From Eledone cirrhosa (lineage: Eukaryota), in contig OZ024744.1 in NCBI GenBank assembly GCA_964016885.1, positions 45,570,001 through 45,634,000 of the forward strand: a DNA stretch of 64,000 nt, written 5' to 3'. Position 1 is the stretch's first letter, and every line of letters starts with the position of its first letter. The translations under genes and the position numbers were made by a program. This document shows, in pieces, positions 37,836 through 52,200 of this stretch. The notes below the pieces were generated by a model that worked only from the letters and a program-made list of their open reading frames with translations, had not been told where the DNA came from and ran no database searches.

Positions 37836-38318
37836 TAACGAGCATAAAAGTTCGTCGATTTTTATTTAGTGTTTACGTTATTTGGTCATACATTTAGGAA
37901 TAAAGTAATTAAATGAGACATGCTGAAATATCTCACACGAGTGTCTATAATTGTCTCATCTTTATTGTTATGAGTGTTGTTACAACTTGGAAATAAGTCA
38001 TACCTTTTGAAATAATATAATATGTATAATTGGTATCATTAGTTGTTGAATTGGCGACGGGGTGAGAGAACAAGTTAGTCTCCACATGGTGTTATTGGTT
38101 TTCTGTTCCGAAGTTGAAGTCACCTGAGAGGGAATTGCTCTTAATATGTTCACTCCATATGGTGTGGTAAAAATGAAAAGTGGGAGAAGGCAAAATTACA
38201 TCTTAACTCCTGGAAGGCTAGCTTTGTAAGAGAGGAAGTACTTTCATGTTCTCAATTTATAGTCTCCATGGGACGTAACTCTCATTAACTCTCCTTCTCG
38301 CCCCAAGGGGTCACTACA
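37836..38318 (-). repeat. 5' LTR of Gypsy element
   Basis: 37941-38318 matches the 3' LTR; extent to ~37836 inferred from the PBS position. Confidence 0.85.
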
Positions 38319-39835
38319 ACAATATGCCACAGCACACTACAATATACCACACCACAGTATGCCACACCACACTATAATATACAATACCACACTACAATAT
38401 ATATACCACACCACACCACACTACAGTATACCACACGACACTGCAATATCAACACCACACCACTCTACCACACCCCACGCCACACTACAATATAGTAAAC
38501 CACACTACCCTATACCACATCACATTGGATTGGCAGTATCGGTAGAGGGTCTGACGCCATGTCTTGCAGCAAAGAGTTACGGCCCTTTATAGTCTGAGTT
38601 CAAATCCCTCCAAGGTTAACTTTGCCTTTCCTCCTTACGGGGTTGATAAAATAAAGTACCAGTAATACACTGGATTAAATGCTGGCCTTGTGCCAAAAGT
38701 AGAAACAATTACTATGTACCATCCCACACTACAATATACCACACCACATCACACGCCACCATTCCACACCACACCATACTACAGTATACTACACCACGCT
38801 ACATTATACCACACTACACTACAATACACCACACCATACTACAGTATACCACACCACACTACAATGTACCACCTCACACTAATGATATCACATGACACTA
38901 CACTATACCACACCTCATACAATATAACACACCACACTGCACCACTCCACACTACAAAATACCACACCACACTACAATACAATATACCGCATACACTACA
39001 GCATACCACAACACACTACAGTATACGTAACCACTCAACACTATACAACACTACACTACAATATACCACACCGTACTACAATATGCCACACCACATTATA
39101 CCTTACTACACTACAATATACCACACCACACTACAATATACCACACCACATTACAAAATACCACACCACACTACAATATACCACACCACACTACAATATA
39201 CCACACCACACTACAAAATACCACACCACACTACAATATACCACACCAGACAAAATTATACCTTACTACACTACAATATACCACACCGCACTACAATATA
39301 CCACACCACACTACAATGTACCACACCAGACAACATTATACCTTACTACACTACAATATACCACACCGCACTACAAAATACCACACCACATTACAAAATG
39401 CCACACCACACTACAATATACCACACCACACTACAATATACCACACCACACTACAATATACCACACCACACTACAATGTACCACACAACACTACAATATA
39501 CCACACCACACTACAATATACCACACCACACTACAATATACCACACCACACTACAATATACCACACCACACTACAATATACCACACAACACTACAATATA
39601 CCACACCACACTACAATATACCACACCACACTACAATATACCACACCACACTACAATGTACCACACTACACTACAATATACCACACCACACTACAATATA
39701 CCACACCACACTACAATGTACCACACCACACTACAATATACCACACCACACTACAATATACCACACCACACTACAATATACCACACCACACTACACTTCA
39801 ATAAACGAGACTACACTACAATATACCACACCACG
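38319..39835. repeat. 20-bp minisatellite (CCACACCACACTACAATATA)n, near-perfect at 39100-39800, interrupted by a SINE
   Basis: Same unit as 28290-31135. Confidence 0.95.
38525..38712 (+). mobile_element. Full-length tRNA-type SINE
   Basis: tggcagtatcggtag (A-box-like), gagttcaaatccc (B-box), gcctttcctccttacggggttgataaaataaagtacc core, tgtgccaaaagtagaaacaatta tail. Confidence 0.85.
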
Positions 39836-39922
39836 CTTTTCCAGCGCGTCTCCCTTGCCGTCGTCCGGGAAAACGCCTTCTCCATTCTGTCCACCGGGGC
39901 TGTGGGGAGGCCACCGATATGA
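39836..39922 (+). mobile_element. CRE-like non-LTR retrotransposon extreme 3' fragment
   Basis: LFQRVSLAVVRENAFSILST, matching LFQRISLAILRGNAFSIL in the copy at 41205-41890. Confidence 0.7.
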
Positions 39923-40564
39923 TTAACTCACTTATCATTTTATCAGTCAGATACACATATATATACTGAATAATTTTTTAAATAATAAAGTTAGTTATTG
40001 TTTAGGAAAAAACAAACAAAAAATAACACTGAACATAAAGTATGTCCCCCACCCGAAAAAGCAGTGGATTCGGCTGCTATTTCTAGCAAGTGGACCATCT
40101 CATTAACTAGACTGAGACACATTTCAATATTAAAACAGAACACCCAGACACCTGCAGTGAAACGAAGTTAGTTGTTGTTGAAAATAAACAGGACAGAATA
40201 GTTAATTGAGATAGATATAAAATCTACTTTACTTCAGTTAGAGAAAGAAAAAGGAATATGATTACTACTAATCATAAAAGTATAAAGTTGTATGTAAACA
40301 TTAAAAATGAATACCAGGCTATCGTCCGCCATTACTATCACCATAGAAGTTGAACGCCAAGTGACCAGGGAAGGTGTCGTCTCTTTTTTGACAGAAAATT
40401 CTCTCTCTGTCCTCATTCCATGACAGCCTATTTATCGAAAGCTGGTTATTATTTGCTCAAAGGTTGATGACCTCCCGCTGAGTTCTCTTTCAAAGGAGCG
40501 CATATACTGGAGAACAGAGAGCCCTTCGCCTGTCCAGTCGTTCGGGGCCTGCTCAAGTTATATG

Positions 40565-40770
40565 GTCACATCAGGTTTGGTTGACATGCCGAGGGCCTCG
40601 CTGACGAGTTTCTGACTGGAGGGGGTTGAGGAGAGATAGGTCAGCAGTGCCAAATCCGAAGCGGATCGAAGGCCGAGGCCACCGAACCTCACTCAAAGCT
40701 TCACCTCTTCCCAGTCGGTGCAGTCGAAACTGACATTGCAGATAAGTTTTGCACAACGTCGGATGGTGGC
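40565..40770 (-). mobile_element. CRE-like non-LTR fragment
   Basis: Homologous to 46635-46830 (KLICNVSFD...LGGLGLRS motif). Confidence 0.7.
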
Positions 40771-41204
40771 TTGAAAGCATTTGCAATGCCTATATGTCGT
40801 ACCTATCTTCGAGTCTTTGACCTTTTTATGGGTTCTCCATGATTTCATTTCATTAGGACTGCAAGTGAATGTTATAAATATACAGCGCTACCTACTGCTT
40901 TTGCATTGAGTACTCCTTCATTATTTAGAGAATCTTTTAAAAGCAAATACTCTCCGACCTTTAGCTTAGTTTGGTACTGTTTAATGTACAATAATCGTTG
41001 AAACTCAATTTTGGAATACATATCAACTAAATATATTTGGAAAAAATGATTTACATCTTACAATTTTATTCCAAATGATTTAACAGAACTACGTAGTTCA
41101 GCATACCTTGATCTTTTTACTTCAGTTACAATTTCTTGTACCTCCCTATTCTGAGAATCTCTCTCGCCCTCCCCATCTCTCTGTATGGTGAGCAAATGGG
41201 GTCC

Positions 41205-41890
41205 CACGTGCTGGCCTCCCCACAGCCCCGGCGGACAGAATGGAGAAGGCGTTTCCACGCAGGATGGCAAGGGAGATGCGCTGGAAGAGCCATTCCATCT
41301 TACGAGGCTCACACCGGCGGCTGTGCAGCTCAGCGCCTATGGCGGTGTATAGGGAGGTAGCCCTAGGGCCAAGGACACCAGAAGTCTCCACTGCCAAGAG
41401 CACGACCGCGAACCGGTCGGAGAACGTCCGGTACTTGGAGAGCTTGGCCTCCTCAGCCCGACATGCAGCAGAACCTGGGTTAGTCGCAGACTGCACCAGG
41501 TTGTGGTTGGAGAAAGTGTCGTTGTAAGTGGTATCCCAGAGGAGGGAACAAGAAGATGGTCATACCTTCCGGCCTTTTGCCGTCACCTCGGTTCAGCCCC
41601 ACCGACTCGAGCTGGGAGGGGAAGCCTGCAGCGTCCAATCAAATCTTTATGATCTCGTTGAGGGCAGCATGGCATGAAAGGTGGCCGGCACTGTGAAAAC
41701 AGGAAAACGGGTGGAGGCCGAAATACTCCACGGTGGATCCACAGCGATATTTGTGTGGCCCGCAGATCCGGAGGCCAAACCTCAGGGAAAGGCCAATGCG
41801 CAGGCTATCGTTATCCAGCTGTGTGCCAGTGGAGAAGGAGGGCATGGCATGGAACAAGGCACCACTGTGGGGTTTTGAGGCCGCGCCAAA
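41205..41890 (-). mobile_element. CRE-like RLE non-LTR retrotransposon 3' fragment
   Basis: LRIGLSLRFGL...CGS...GLHPFSC...HAALN (zinc knuckle), KRPEGMT, LWDTT, KLSKY, AVETSGVLG, LFQRISLAILRGNA. Confidence 0.82.
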
Positions 41891-42149
41891 ACAGACATGG
41901 CGGTGCTGGAAATTCATAACATTTACTTTCTCAACATATATTCATGAAAATTACTGAAAATTCCAGCATCTTAGGAGTTCTTCCATGTTTGTTTTGGAGA
42001 GTTTTCTAACATATTCTGAAATCTCTAAAACATAGACTTGTTATTGATTTGATCAGGATCCCTCCATCTCCTCCTCTCCTACTCCCCCTTCTCCTTCTCC
42101 TTCTCCTTCTTCTTCCAGTTATTCTTGTGAGGGTCATGGAGACAGAGTC

Positions 42150-44270
42150 CTCAATCACGCCTTCCAGAGGTTCCTGTCAGAAGCAACAGAGCTCATGGGT
42201 GTTACTTCCCTTAAAACACGTTAACATACAAACATAATGTCCTCCAACGTTTGTTTTGTTCTTCCTCGACAATATCCAGCTGGAACTCCTCTCCGCTGGT
42301 TTTATGACTTTGGTCCTGTTCTACCCAGATCCTGAAAGTTGTTTCATGATATTGTAGGTAGATTTACCTACAAAACCTCTGGTTCCAACTTCTATGGTGA
42401 TAACTTTGAGCCAGAAATTGACTCCCCCTGGCTATTGTCCCAACATATTTTCGGTGTTAAACACGTGCCTCTTCTAGTCTACTGATGCAAGGTGAGTAGA
42501 ATCAAAATCACATGTTTTGATGAACTGGAATGGAGTATGATATCCGGCCTCAAGCCATTCTTTCTGGTGATTTCTAGTTGCTTTACCGATTCAGTGAGGT
42601 GTGCTGTACACACCCAGTCCTCTGTACCACCCAGAAGACTCTATTCCCGTGCCCTGTATGATAGAGCTACTCCTGGCCATGATTTTCTGCTCCCTCGCGT
42701 GTAGAAGGTTGTTGGAGATTCTGGTACTGCAGATTTTACATTAGCTATACTTACCTCATGTACGATCTCCTTATGATTGTGTTTCTATGTGTATCTTCCT
42801 TGGGCTAGTGTTACTCTGTATTAGGTCAGAATGTGTTCCACTGTCTGTCTACCCTGGCAGAGTGGGTACTCAAGGTTATTTGATTTTCCCCACTTCACTA
42901 GGTCCATATTCGATGGCAGGATACCATAGAGAGATCTGAGGAGTAAATTGAACACAAGATGTGCTATATGTCACACGTCATTCCGAATTACTCTGGATTG
43001 CACATTCCCACGTCATCCATTGGCCCTGTCGATTCTACTGTACTGTCTTCTGGCATCTTCTTCTTTGTTCACCCCCTGTAAAATCATATCTCTCTTCATC
43101 TTTTCCCTAGCCTCTTACCCCTCTGCCCATGAATATGAGTGTGTCCCATATTTTCTTTGCATCTACCGTCTCATAAACTTTCCACTTACTGCCTGCCATC
43201 AGCTTTCACCAAATCGCTCTCACGACATTGTCTTGCGAGTCATCAAGCTTGCTCAAGAGCCTTGCTTTACCGACTTTGTATTCCTCAACGATGGCTTTGA
43301 GATGCAGCATCAACTTGGCCTGGCGACAGTAGAGTGCAACATCTGTGAGACTTGGTGGGACACCAAGCCACTTGTATCCTTGTTGATTTTGACCGTCATA
43401 ACTTCCACTGTACTGGAGCTAATATCATATTTTAGCAGATATCTGAGAAGCTTTGGGATCAACGTAAACTGCAAACACTAAACCACGTGTTTGCTAGAGA
43501 AGTCACATTGGTCTATGACATGCAGATCCTTTTCCAACATCAGCTTGGTTCCGGTTTCTCTTTGGCCTTCAGAGAGTCATTATAATATCTCCCGAGGCTT
43601 TTGCCAATACAAATGGTATAGGTTAGATTACACAGCCTATTGCTAACCTCTCAATTGATCCAGAAGAACCACATTGAGAACCCATGATAATAGTTCTTTA
43701 GCAATTCCCTGATGTTCTTTGGAACATGATACATCTTGAGAGCAAGTTGGATCATCTTGTATGGGATCAAACTGTAGGTACTAGCCAGATCAATCCACAC
43801 CTCATCAAGATCTCTCTTTAGCAGCTTTAGTTCTTAGATTGCTTCCCAAACCATTGAGGCATGCTCTAAACAACCAGACTCTCCATGGATGACTCTCCCT
43901 TCTGACATGACATATTCAAGTACTTATTCTCTGTGAGGTCTCTAGTTAGCCTAGCTGCCATAACAATGAAGAATGTTCTTCCTTCAATGTTCAGATGTGT
44001 TTTTGGTCTGAATTTGTTTATCCCGCTTGAGTTCTGCTCTTTCAGAATGTACACACCTTTGGTTCTCATCTATTGGTCTTCCAGGCAGATCTTATCATTT
44101 TGTGGAGCAAGTCAAGGACTCTGGGACATTTCTTGTACAATAGATAGGGTATTACGTTTAGCCCCGGTAATGATTTGCCCCTGCTTTCCTAACCACCTTC
44201 CTTACTTTACCCAGAGTTTGGTGGCCTGTCATCGAACGATTCCTCTGGCCCAGAGGGCCACACCAGACTC
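42150..44270 (-). mobile_element. Highly decayed HERO/NeSL-type RLE non-LTR retrotransposon
   Basis: Minus-strand remnants KFRPKTHLNIEGRTFF, VWIDLASTYSLIPYKMIQLA, GLRPDIILH, TIEVGTRGFVGKS. Confidence 0.8.
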
Positions 44271-44280
44271 TGGCATAATA

Positions 44281-45022
44281 TGTATATATCTAGTGTCTGT
44301 GTGTGTCGGTTTATGTATATGTATGTGTAGATATTTGTATGTATGTAATATGTATATATCTAGTGTCTGTGTGTGGATGTTTATGTATAATATGTATGTG
44401 TAGATATGTGTGTATGTAATATGTATATATCTAGTGTATGTGTACGTCTGTTTATGTATATGTATGTGTAGATATGTGTATGTATGTAATATGTATATAT
44501 CTAGTGTCTGGATGTGTCTGTGTATGTATATGTATGTGTAGATATGTGTACGTATGTAATATGTATATATCTAGTGTCTGTATGTGTCTGTGTATGTATA
44601 TGTAGGTGTAGATATGTGAATGTATGTAATATGTATATATCTAGTGTCTGTATGTGTCTGTGTATGTATATGTATGTGTAGATATGTGTATGTATGTAAT
44701 ATGTATATATCTAGTGTCTGTGTGTGTATGTGTATGTATATGTAGGTGTAGATATGTGTATGTATGTAATATGTAACTATCTAGTGTATGTATGTGTCTG
44801 TTTATGTATATGTAGGTGTAGATATGTGTAAGTATGTAATATGTATATATCTAGTGTCTGGATGTGTCTGTTTATGTATATGTAGGTGTAGATATGTGTA
44901 TGTATGTAATATGTATATATCTAGTGTCTGGATGTGTCTGTGTATGTATATGTAGGTGTAGATATGTGTATGTATGTAATATGTAACTATCTAGTGTCTG
45001 GATGTGTCTGTTTATGTATATG
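44281..45022. repeat. 60-bp minisatellite (~12 copies) built from TG/TA microsatellite
   Basis: atatctagtgtctg recurs at 60-nt spacing. Confidence 0.92.
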
Positions 45023-45136
45023 ATGATGTGAATGTGTGTTTATATCATATGTATGTATTTGTCGTATGAAAGTATGTGTCTGTGTATGTATATGTATGCG
45101 TGTTTCTTTGTAACCAGTTTTTTTTTATATAAATTT

Positions 45137-45471
45137 GTCACCCGATATTCGCGGGGGTTACGTTCCTAGAGCACCCGCGAAGAGTGGAAAACCGCGAATA
45201 TGGAACGTGGTCCATAAAAATCCCTATAAACGTCAAAATATAACGTACAATATAATTTAAAAAAAAAGAGGGAGCGTCTAATAGGCCGGCCAATATAGTA
45301 TAATGTTCTTGATAATTTAGAGTTAAAAATATATATATTGCCACGAAAAAAGCCATAAAAACATCATGGCAGATATCTACGATTCCGCGAATATACGGTG
45401 GTTTCCACAAACAATTATTATTTAGGTTCTCAGGAAAATAACCGCGACCGCGAATGTCGGACATACACTGT
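45137..45471. mobile_element. Tigger/pogo-like MITE
   Basis: Imperfect inverted ends ccgatattcgcgg / ccgcgaatgtcgg...acactgta, with internal ccgcgaat repeats. Confidence 0.65.
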
Positions 45472-45767
45472 ACTTCAAAATAGTCTGAGCTATGTTTACG
45501 GCCAGACTGGAGCACCTAAGGTCTGGTTTTCAGAGAATAAATGAAATATCAGGCTAAATTGTATGACAATTATTTATTTGGAAATGTAAATAATTATATA
45601 ATATATACAGAACAATGTTATTTTACAAGATTTAAGATAAACTAGGTGTAGATATAACTAGAGTTGTTTTTAATAGAAAATATAAGTGATTATTTGTACG
45701 TGTATCAGAGACTGTTGTCTCCTCATCTACTGATAACTTACCGCTATGATTCAACTTGTATTACATT

Positions 45768-45957
45768 ATTGGATTGGCAGTATGGGTAGAGGGTCGGGCG
45801 TCATGCTTTGCAGCAAAGAGTTACGGCCCTTTATGGTCTGAGTTCAAATCCCGCCTAGGTTAACATCGCCTTTCATCATTACGGGGTCGATAAAATAAAG
45901 TACCAGTAATACACTGGCATAATTGCTGGCATTGTGCCAAAAGTAGAAACAATTATT
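45768..45957 (+). mobile_element. Full-length tRNA-type SINE (Meta-domain-like core)
   Basis: A/B-box-like motifs, gcctttcatcattacggggtcgataaaataaagtacc core, tgtgccaaaagtagaaacaattatt tail. Confidence 0.87.
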
Positions 45958-45984
45958 AAGAGCGTAGTTTTAACACTTCAAGAT

Positions 45985-47490
45985 CCTAGTAGAAGCTAGC
46001 TGTAAGTATACCAAGCAAGCTTTAGGCGAGATCACGTCATAGAAACGTGTCTCTGACGAGCACCCATAACTGACCTTCTAGCTCATCTCCCGTACGGAAG
46101 ACCCAGTATACACATGTTCGTTGACAAGGTTACTTCCGCTACGGGTGTCAAGCATGGAGACACACTCAGCCCGTTTCTTTTTGCACTGGCAGTTGACCAC
46201 GTCACACGCTGTCCGGCGCCCTTCAACTTTTGTTTATGAAAAACTCGACCATGTTTGGCTCGGCTGAGACGATAATTGAAGATCTTCGGCTAATCAGCCT
46301 AGCTCCTCGAGATCATCCCACCCATATCCGAGGTGATTAATATTAGCCACGGGGAGGCGGAATTCCATGACATCGTACTCAGCATCAATTCCGTCTTGTC
46401 CGGTGCTCTCCTAACGCCCAAAGATGCCGCCTGCATTCTCGGCTCTCCAATTCTCTCGAAATCCATAAAGAGTGCCTGGAGACCAAGCATGCAGATCTGT
46501 CACGAATGGCAGTGAGGCTGTGCCTCATCGACGCTCACCTTATTGAGAAACTGCTTCGCCCTTCCAAAATGTCAGTTGACGCTGCGTGGTGCACCTTGTT
46601 ACCCACACACAGATTACCTCGGGGAACTCGATGCTACCATCCGACGCTGTGCAAAACTCATCTGCAATGTCAGTTTCGACAGCACCAGGTGGGAACAAGT
46701 GAAGCTTCCAGCGAGCTTCGGTGGCCTCGACTTCCGATCCGCTTCGGATTTGGCACTGCTGGCCTACCTCTCCTCAATCTCCTCTAGTCACATCCTCGTC
46801 AGCGAAGTTCTCAGCAAGACAGCCAAATCTGACGTGACTACATAACCAGAGCAGGCCGCGAACGACTGAACAGGCGAAGGGCTCTTTGTTTCCCAGTATA
46901 CAAAGTTCGAAAGTAACTGGGTCGGAATCAAGTGCAGATCTTCCTTCAGCCGGAACGAGTCTGTCTTCGATCAACACTGCCCCGCTTGCCTCCGATCACT
47001 TTCGCAGCCAAACAGCGATACATGGCTCAATTATGTGCTCTCCTCATCAACCAGTACCCTTCTGGATGACGAGTGCATACACATAGGAGTGACCCAACGT
47101 CTCGGCCGCCACGTGTGGGATTCACATAAATACTGTTGTGGGGGCTGTCGTTGGCGAGGGTGGGCTGCATCTACTGTCATGCCGCTAGAACGCAGGTCGG
47201 TTCTCCCGACATGCCGATCTCAACGACATACTGAGAACGACCCTGGACTCAGCTTCTTTCCCATCACAACTGGGGCCAGCAAGCCTTGACCGTGGAGACG
47301 GCAAGCGCCCCGACGGAATTACCCTCTTTTCATTCGAAAGAGGTAAATCCCTAATCTGAGACGCTAAATGCTGTAATACGTTCGCCGCCACAAACCCCTG
47401 TATTTCAGCCCACATTGCAGAGGATAGGAAGACAAGTAAATACCAGGGCTTGTCCGGCCGCTTCCTCTTTGCACCGGTCAACGTCAAGAA
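45985..47490 (+). mobile_element. Decayed CRE-like RLE non-LTR retrotransposon
   Basis: GVKHGDTLSPFLF (RT), [45 protein letters not shown]. Confidence 0.82.
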
Positions 47491-48529
47491 CCCCGCCAGG
47501 TGGGGTGGCTGTTGCTGGCCATTGTCCGCGGAAATGTCTTTCCATTATTGTCCGTGGTGTGTAGCCCAAACAAAGCCTGGCCCCAGACATAAAGCCTATC
47601 CCTCTCCCTCTCTTCTGCGACCTCATAATCTTAGTTTTACCCTCCGTTTCCTCTCATTTATAGTATTTATAGCCCTTTGTCCTACTTTTATGGATTTTTT
47701 TATTCTGGTAGTGGTGGTGGTGCTGGTGGTTGTGGTATTGTTGTTGTTGGTGGTGGTGTTGTAATTGTTATTAGTGGTGGTTTTACTGTTGTTGATATTG
47801 TTGACGCTAGTGCTGGTTATGTTTAGCTGCAAGTCAACTAAGAACGAGAGTAGCTTAAAAGGTGTCCTAACACTGAACATAAAGTGTGTCCCTCACTCGA
47901 AAAAGCAGTGGATTCAACTGCTATTTCTAGCAAGTGGACCATCTCATTCACTAGACTAAGACAAATTTCAATATTAAACTAGAACGCCCAGATGTTTGAA
48001 GTGAAACGGAGTTAGTTGTTGTTGTTGTTGAAAATAAACAGGACAGAATAGTTAATTTTGGTTAGATATAAAATTTACTTCACTTCAGTTAGAAAAGGAA
48101 AAAGGAATATGATTACTTCTAATCATAAAAGTACAAAGTTGTATGTAAACATTCGTAAATGAATACCGCGTTTTTGAAGTTTTGTTGAAGATACTTTGTT
48201 TTATGTTTTATGCTGAAATAGAAGGTGACACGTGTCCGTCATTACTATCACCATAGAAGTTAAAAGCCAAGTGACCAGGGAAGGTGTCGTCTCTTTTGTA
48301 ACAGAAAATTCTCTCTCTGTCCTCGTTCCATGACAGCCTATTTACTCTTTGATCAAACGTCGATGACCTCCTGCTGCGTTCTCTTTCATAGGAATGGCCA
48401 TGTCAGTGAGAGGAAACGCTGGAACATTTCATTCGCTACACACCATCATTAATTCAAGGGAATTAATTTGAAAAAATATAGGGGAAATAACTTCCATTTG
48501 ACATTACTTTCTCTGACTACAGTTTAAAG

Positions 48530-49275
48530 CAGCGGTGGCCAACTGGTGGTCCGATAGAAAATGTTGGTGGTCCGCAGAAAGATTTGGACATTATTTGCAA
48601 TTTCTATGTCTTATTAATAATGGTTTCTTATATAGGCACAAGGCCAGCAATTTTGGGGGAGGAGAAAGTCGATTAAATCGACACTAGTGCGTGACTAGTA
48701 CTTTATTTTATCGACCCCGTAAAGATGAAAGGCAAATGTAACTCAGCGGGATTTGAACTCAGATTATAAAGGGCCGTAACTCTAAGCTGCAAACCATGGC
48801 TTCCGACCCTCTACCTATACTGCCAATCCACTGCCCCATGTCTTATTAATAATAAAAGAAAATTAATATTAGGTTAAAATATATTTTATAGCTCCCTTCC
48901 CCTAAACAAAATCCTCCTCAGTAAAGAACTAACATCCATGAATTTTACATATATGTGTCATCTATCGACAATATGATGCATGTATGCTTCAGTATTGTTT
49001 CTACCATTACAACAGTTATCCCGCTCCGCAAATACCGATTCTCATCCGATTGTTTTATTTTATTTGGCTTTGATAGCTTTGTTTGTTCTTAGATTCCAAT
49101 GAAATAAACCCATAATGAGTGAGAAAAAGCAAGCGACTATATTGCATTTCTTTAGTAATACCAAAGTAACTATTGATAATAATAACACTAGTAATACTTC
49201 ACTTAACCGTGAGTTGATCAATGAATCAGAGCCTCTACAGTCCACGTCAGGCAACAAGAAGAAGAACATTCTAAC
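48530..49275 (+). mobile_element. hAT-like DNA transposon left end with start of a possible transposase
   Basis: Terminus cagcggtggccaact plus subterminal ggtggtccg repeats after the 8-bp site gtttaaag; ORF start MSEKKQATILHFFSN. Confidence 0.55.
48622..48836 (-). mobile_element. SINE, longer variant, with ~16-bp TSD
   Basis: Same core; atgtcttattaataat on both sides. Confidence 0.85.
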
Positions 49276-49284
49276 TAGAGGAGG

Positions 49285-52200
49285 ATTTGGTTCAGATATA
49301 TCGAGGTCCAATTTCAAACACATAATGTTTCGGTAGACAGGACCAAAATTTCTCCTTTTGTTTGGCCACTTCCCCTTGAAATCCTGCAGAAGATCCAGGA
49401 TTTGTTGACAGCCACACCAGGTACATACTCATATGCCACCTTAAGGTCCAAACTTGTAAAGCGGACATCCGTCTCTCAGAAGCACCAGATTAACCAGCTT
49501 CTTTATTCGAGGGCGTTAAGCGATAGGAAACCGTTACAGTTCTTAAGACAGTTAAAACAACTGTTGGGAGAGAACACCATGGAGTCGGCCATCTTGAAAC
49601 AACTTTTCCTACAAAGGCTGTGCCAGCAACTCGCGGCATTTTGGCGGACAGTAAAGCATCCATCCAAATCGAGGTGCTAGCGGATTCAGCTGATAGAATA
49701 ATGGAGGTAGCAGCACCACGGTCATTTGTGGCCCAAGAGAGACACACACATCCACTAATAAGCTCATTTTCTTCCCCTCTTTCTTCCTCGTTTTTTCCTT
49801 CTTCTCCTTCCTCGTCTTCTGTCTCGGAGATGAGACAGGAGGCGCAATTGAACGCACTTATGGCTAAACTGCAGTTACAGCCTCGCAGCAACGCCAGCTC
49901 ATCTCGGCACGATTTACATCAGCGCTCGCGAGACCTGAGCGACTGATCCCTTATGCTATTACCACAGTAAATTCGGTGAAAGGGGCCGTAAATACCTATT
50001 GCCCTGTTCTTTTAGAAGGGATTCCCGTCATGTTCCGGGTAACGACGTGGCCAGGTAGAAACGATGGCAACTACACCTGGCTCTTCCAAATCTAGTCTCT
50101 TGTTCCACATTAGCGACCGATCTACCGGTTTCTGGTGGACACCGGGGTGGAGGTTAGAGTCATACCATCTGCCCTGGTGCCAGGCAGTAGGGAACCCACA
50201 GCAATGCTTCTCAAGGCGCTGAACCACTCTGCTATACCCACATGCGGAGAAAAGTCCTTAACCCTGGATCTTGGGCTCCGCAGAATTTTCCAGTTGGTTT
50301 TTGTCATCGCCAAGTTGCCGACTCCGATCCTAGAAGCGGATTTTCTACTCCATTTTGGCCTCCTGGTGGACGTTAAACACAACAGACTGATTAATTCCAC
50401 CACTGGTCTGAATGATCGCGGTATCAGCACAATGGCACCTTCCGTCAACCTTGTTTTTTTTAAACCAGGCAGTCAGGCAGATACGACGCTATTCTGAGCA
50501 GTAATTCTGACATCTCACACCCTATTTTTAACAGTTGGCCGGTGACCCACAGTGTTACGCATCATATCGTGACCGAGGGCCCTCCGAATTCTGCTAAACC
50601 ATGGTGACTCGCTCCTGAGCATGCTAAAATCGCTAAAGCAGAGTTCGATCATGTGTTGGAACTGGGCATTGATCGTCCATCCAGTAGCAGCTGGTCTTCC
50701 CCACTTCACATGGTTCCCAGAAATCTGTAAGTGATTGGCGACCGTGTGGAGACTATCGGTTTTTTAACACACACAAAACCCAATAAGTACCCGGTACCTC
50801 ACTGAATTTCTCTGCTACCCTACATGGTGCTAGGATCATTTCAAAAATTGACCTCGTGTGGGCGTACAACCAGATTCCTGTTGAACCGGATGACATTCTT
50901 AAAACGGCCATTACAACTCCTTTCGCCCTATTCGAGTTTCTTAGACTGCCATCCGGTTTACGCAATGTTGCATCAACCTTCCAGCGTTTCATCGACACAG
51001 TAGTACGTGGTTTACCCTACGTCTACTCGTATATTGATGATATGCTGATAGCCAGCACATCCCGTGAGGAACACGAAAGGAACCTACAATTGCTTTTCGA
51101 GCATTTTTCTTAGTTTGATGTCATCAACAACCCCAGAAAATGCCTTTTCAGTGTTTCTTCCCTTGATTTTCTGCGACACCACATCGATGAACAAGGAATC
51201 CGCCCCCACCACGATAAAGTTAAGTCCATTTTAGATTTCCCCACTCCAACGTACCCGAGGAAAGTACGTGAGCTCCTCGGCCTCATAAACTTTTACTGCC
51301 CATTCATACTTCGTTGTGCAGAGTTTCTCCAGCCGCTAACAGACATCCTAAGGCAGTGCAATCGGAAGAACCAGCTTATCACTTTCGATGATGCACAAGC
51401 AGCTGCTTTTCTTAAAATGAAGAGGGTCTTGACAGAGTCCACAATGTTGGTTTACCTCAAACCTGACGCACCGCTTTGTCTGTTCGTCGATATATTGGAT
51501 GTCGGGGTCGGTGGCGTCCTCCAACAATGTTTAGACAATGCATGGCAACCAATTTCATTCTTCTCTAGGCGACTCAAACCTGCTGAAACAAAGTATAGCA
51601 CATTCGGTCGGGAATGTTTGGCAGCGTACCTCAGTGTGAGACATTTCCGGCACATGTTAGAAGGTTCTGTGTTTTCTATTTACATGGACTATAAACCTCT
51701 CACGTACGCTTTATATTCCAAGCCTGACCACCACTCAGCTAGAGAAGTGTGTCAAATGGATTTTATATCCCAATATACTACAGATATTCGCCATATAGAC
51801 AACTCTGCAGCCGATGCCCTTTCTCGCTAACTCTTGGGTGCACTGCACACCTCTTTTTCCATCAGTCTCCGATATATTGCCAACAGGCGGACACGGGGAG
51901 CTCCTGAAACTCCGAAATTCTTCATCTTCTTCCTTGTCTTTCAAACTTCCCCCTCTACCTTTTTCTCCTGGTGGTATTTAGTGTGATGTGTCTACGGGTC
52001 ACGCGCGCCCTTAAGTACCTTTAAAGCATCAACGTTCGGTTTTTCTGCGCTGCACAACCTATCGAATGGGTCAGACGTTGCGTCCAGTGTCAAAAGGCAA
52101 ACATTCACCACGATGTCAGGACTCTTCTCGGAACCTTCGCAACACCAGATACGCGTTTCCAACATATTAACATCGTCGGACCACTGCCTCCTGTTAGGGG

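Larger units (their letters stand above)
32956..38318 (-). mobile_element. Decayed Ty3/Gypsy LTR retrotransposon (gag-PR-RT-RNaseH-IN)
   Basis: Gag (KLWFAEMEAFF, LKQLFLSRLP), protease (FLVDTGAS), RT ([17 protein letters not shown]), RNase H (VDASDTAVGAVL, TDHKPL), integrase (HIDIVGP, TDRGRQF, SNGIVERFH, PYSGPYRV); paired LTRs, PBS and PPT. Confidence 0.96.

Noticed and set aside
28326-39922. Long His/Thr/Tyr/Pro-rich ORFs (e.g. 38690-39922, 28737-29492)
   Set aside because: Translations of a G-poor 20-mer minisatellite that lacks stop codons by composition.
45768-45855. tRNA gene
   Set aside because: A/B-box-like motifs belong to a SINE head; no cloverleaf, and it is followed by the SINE core and tail.
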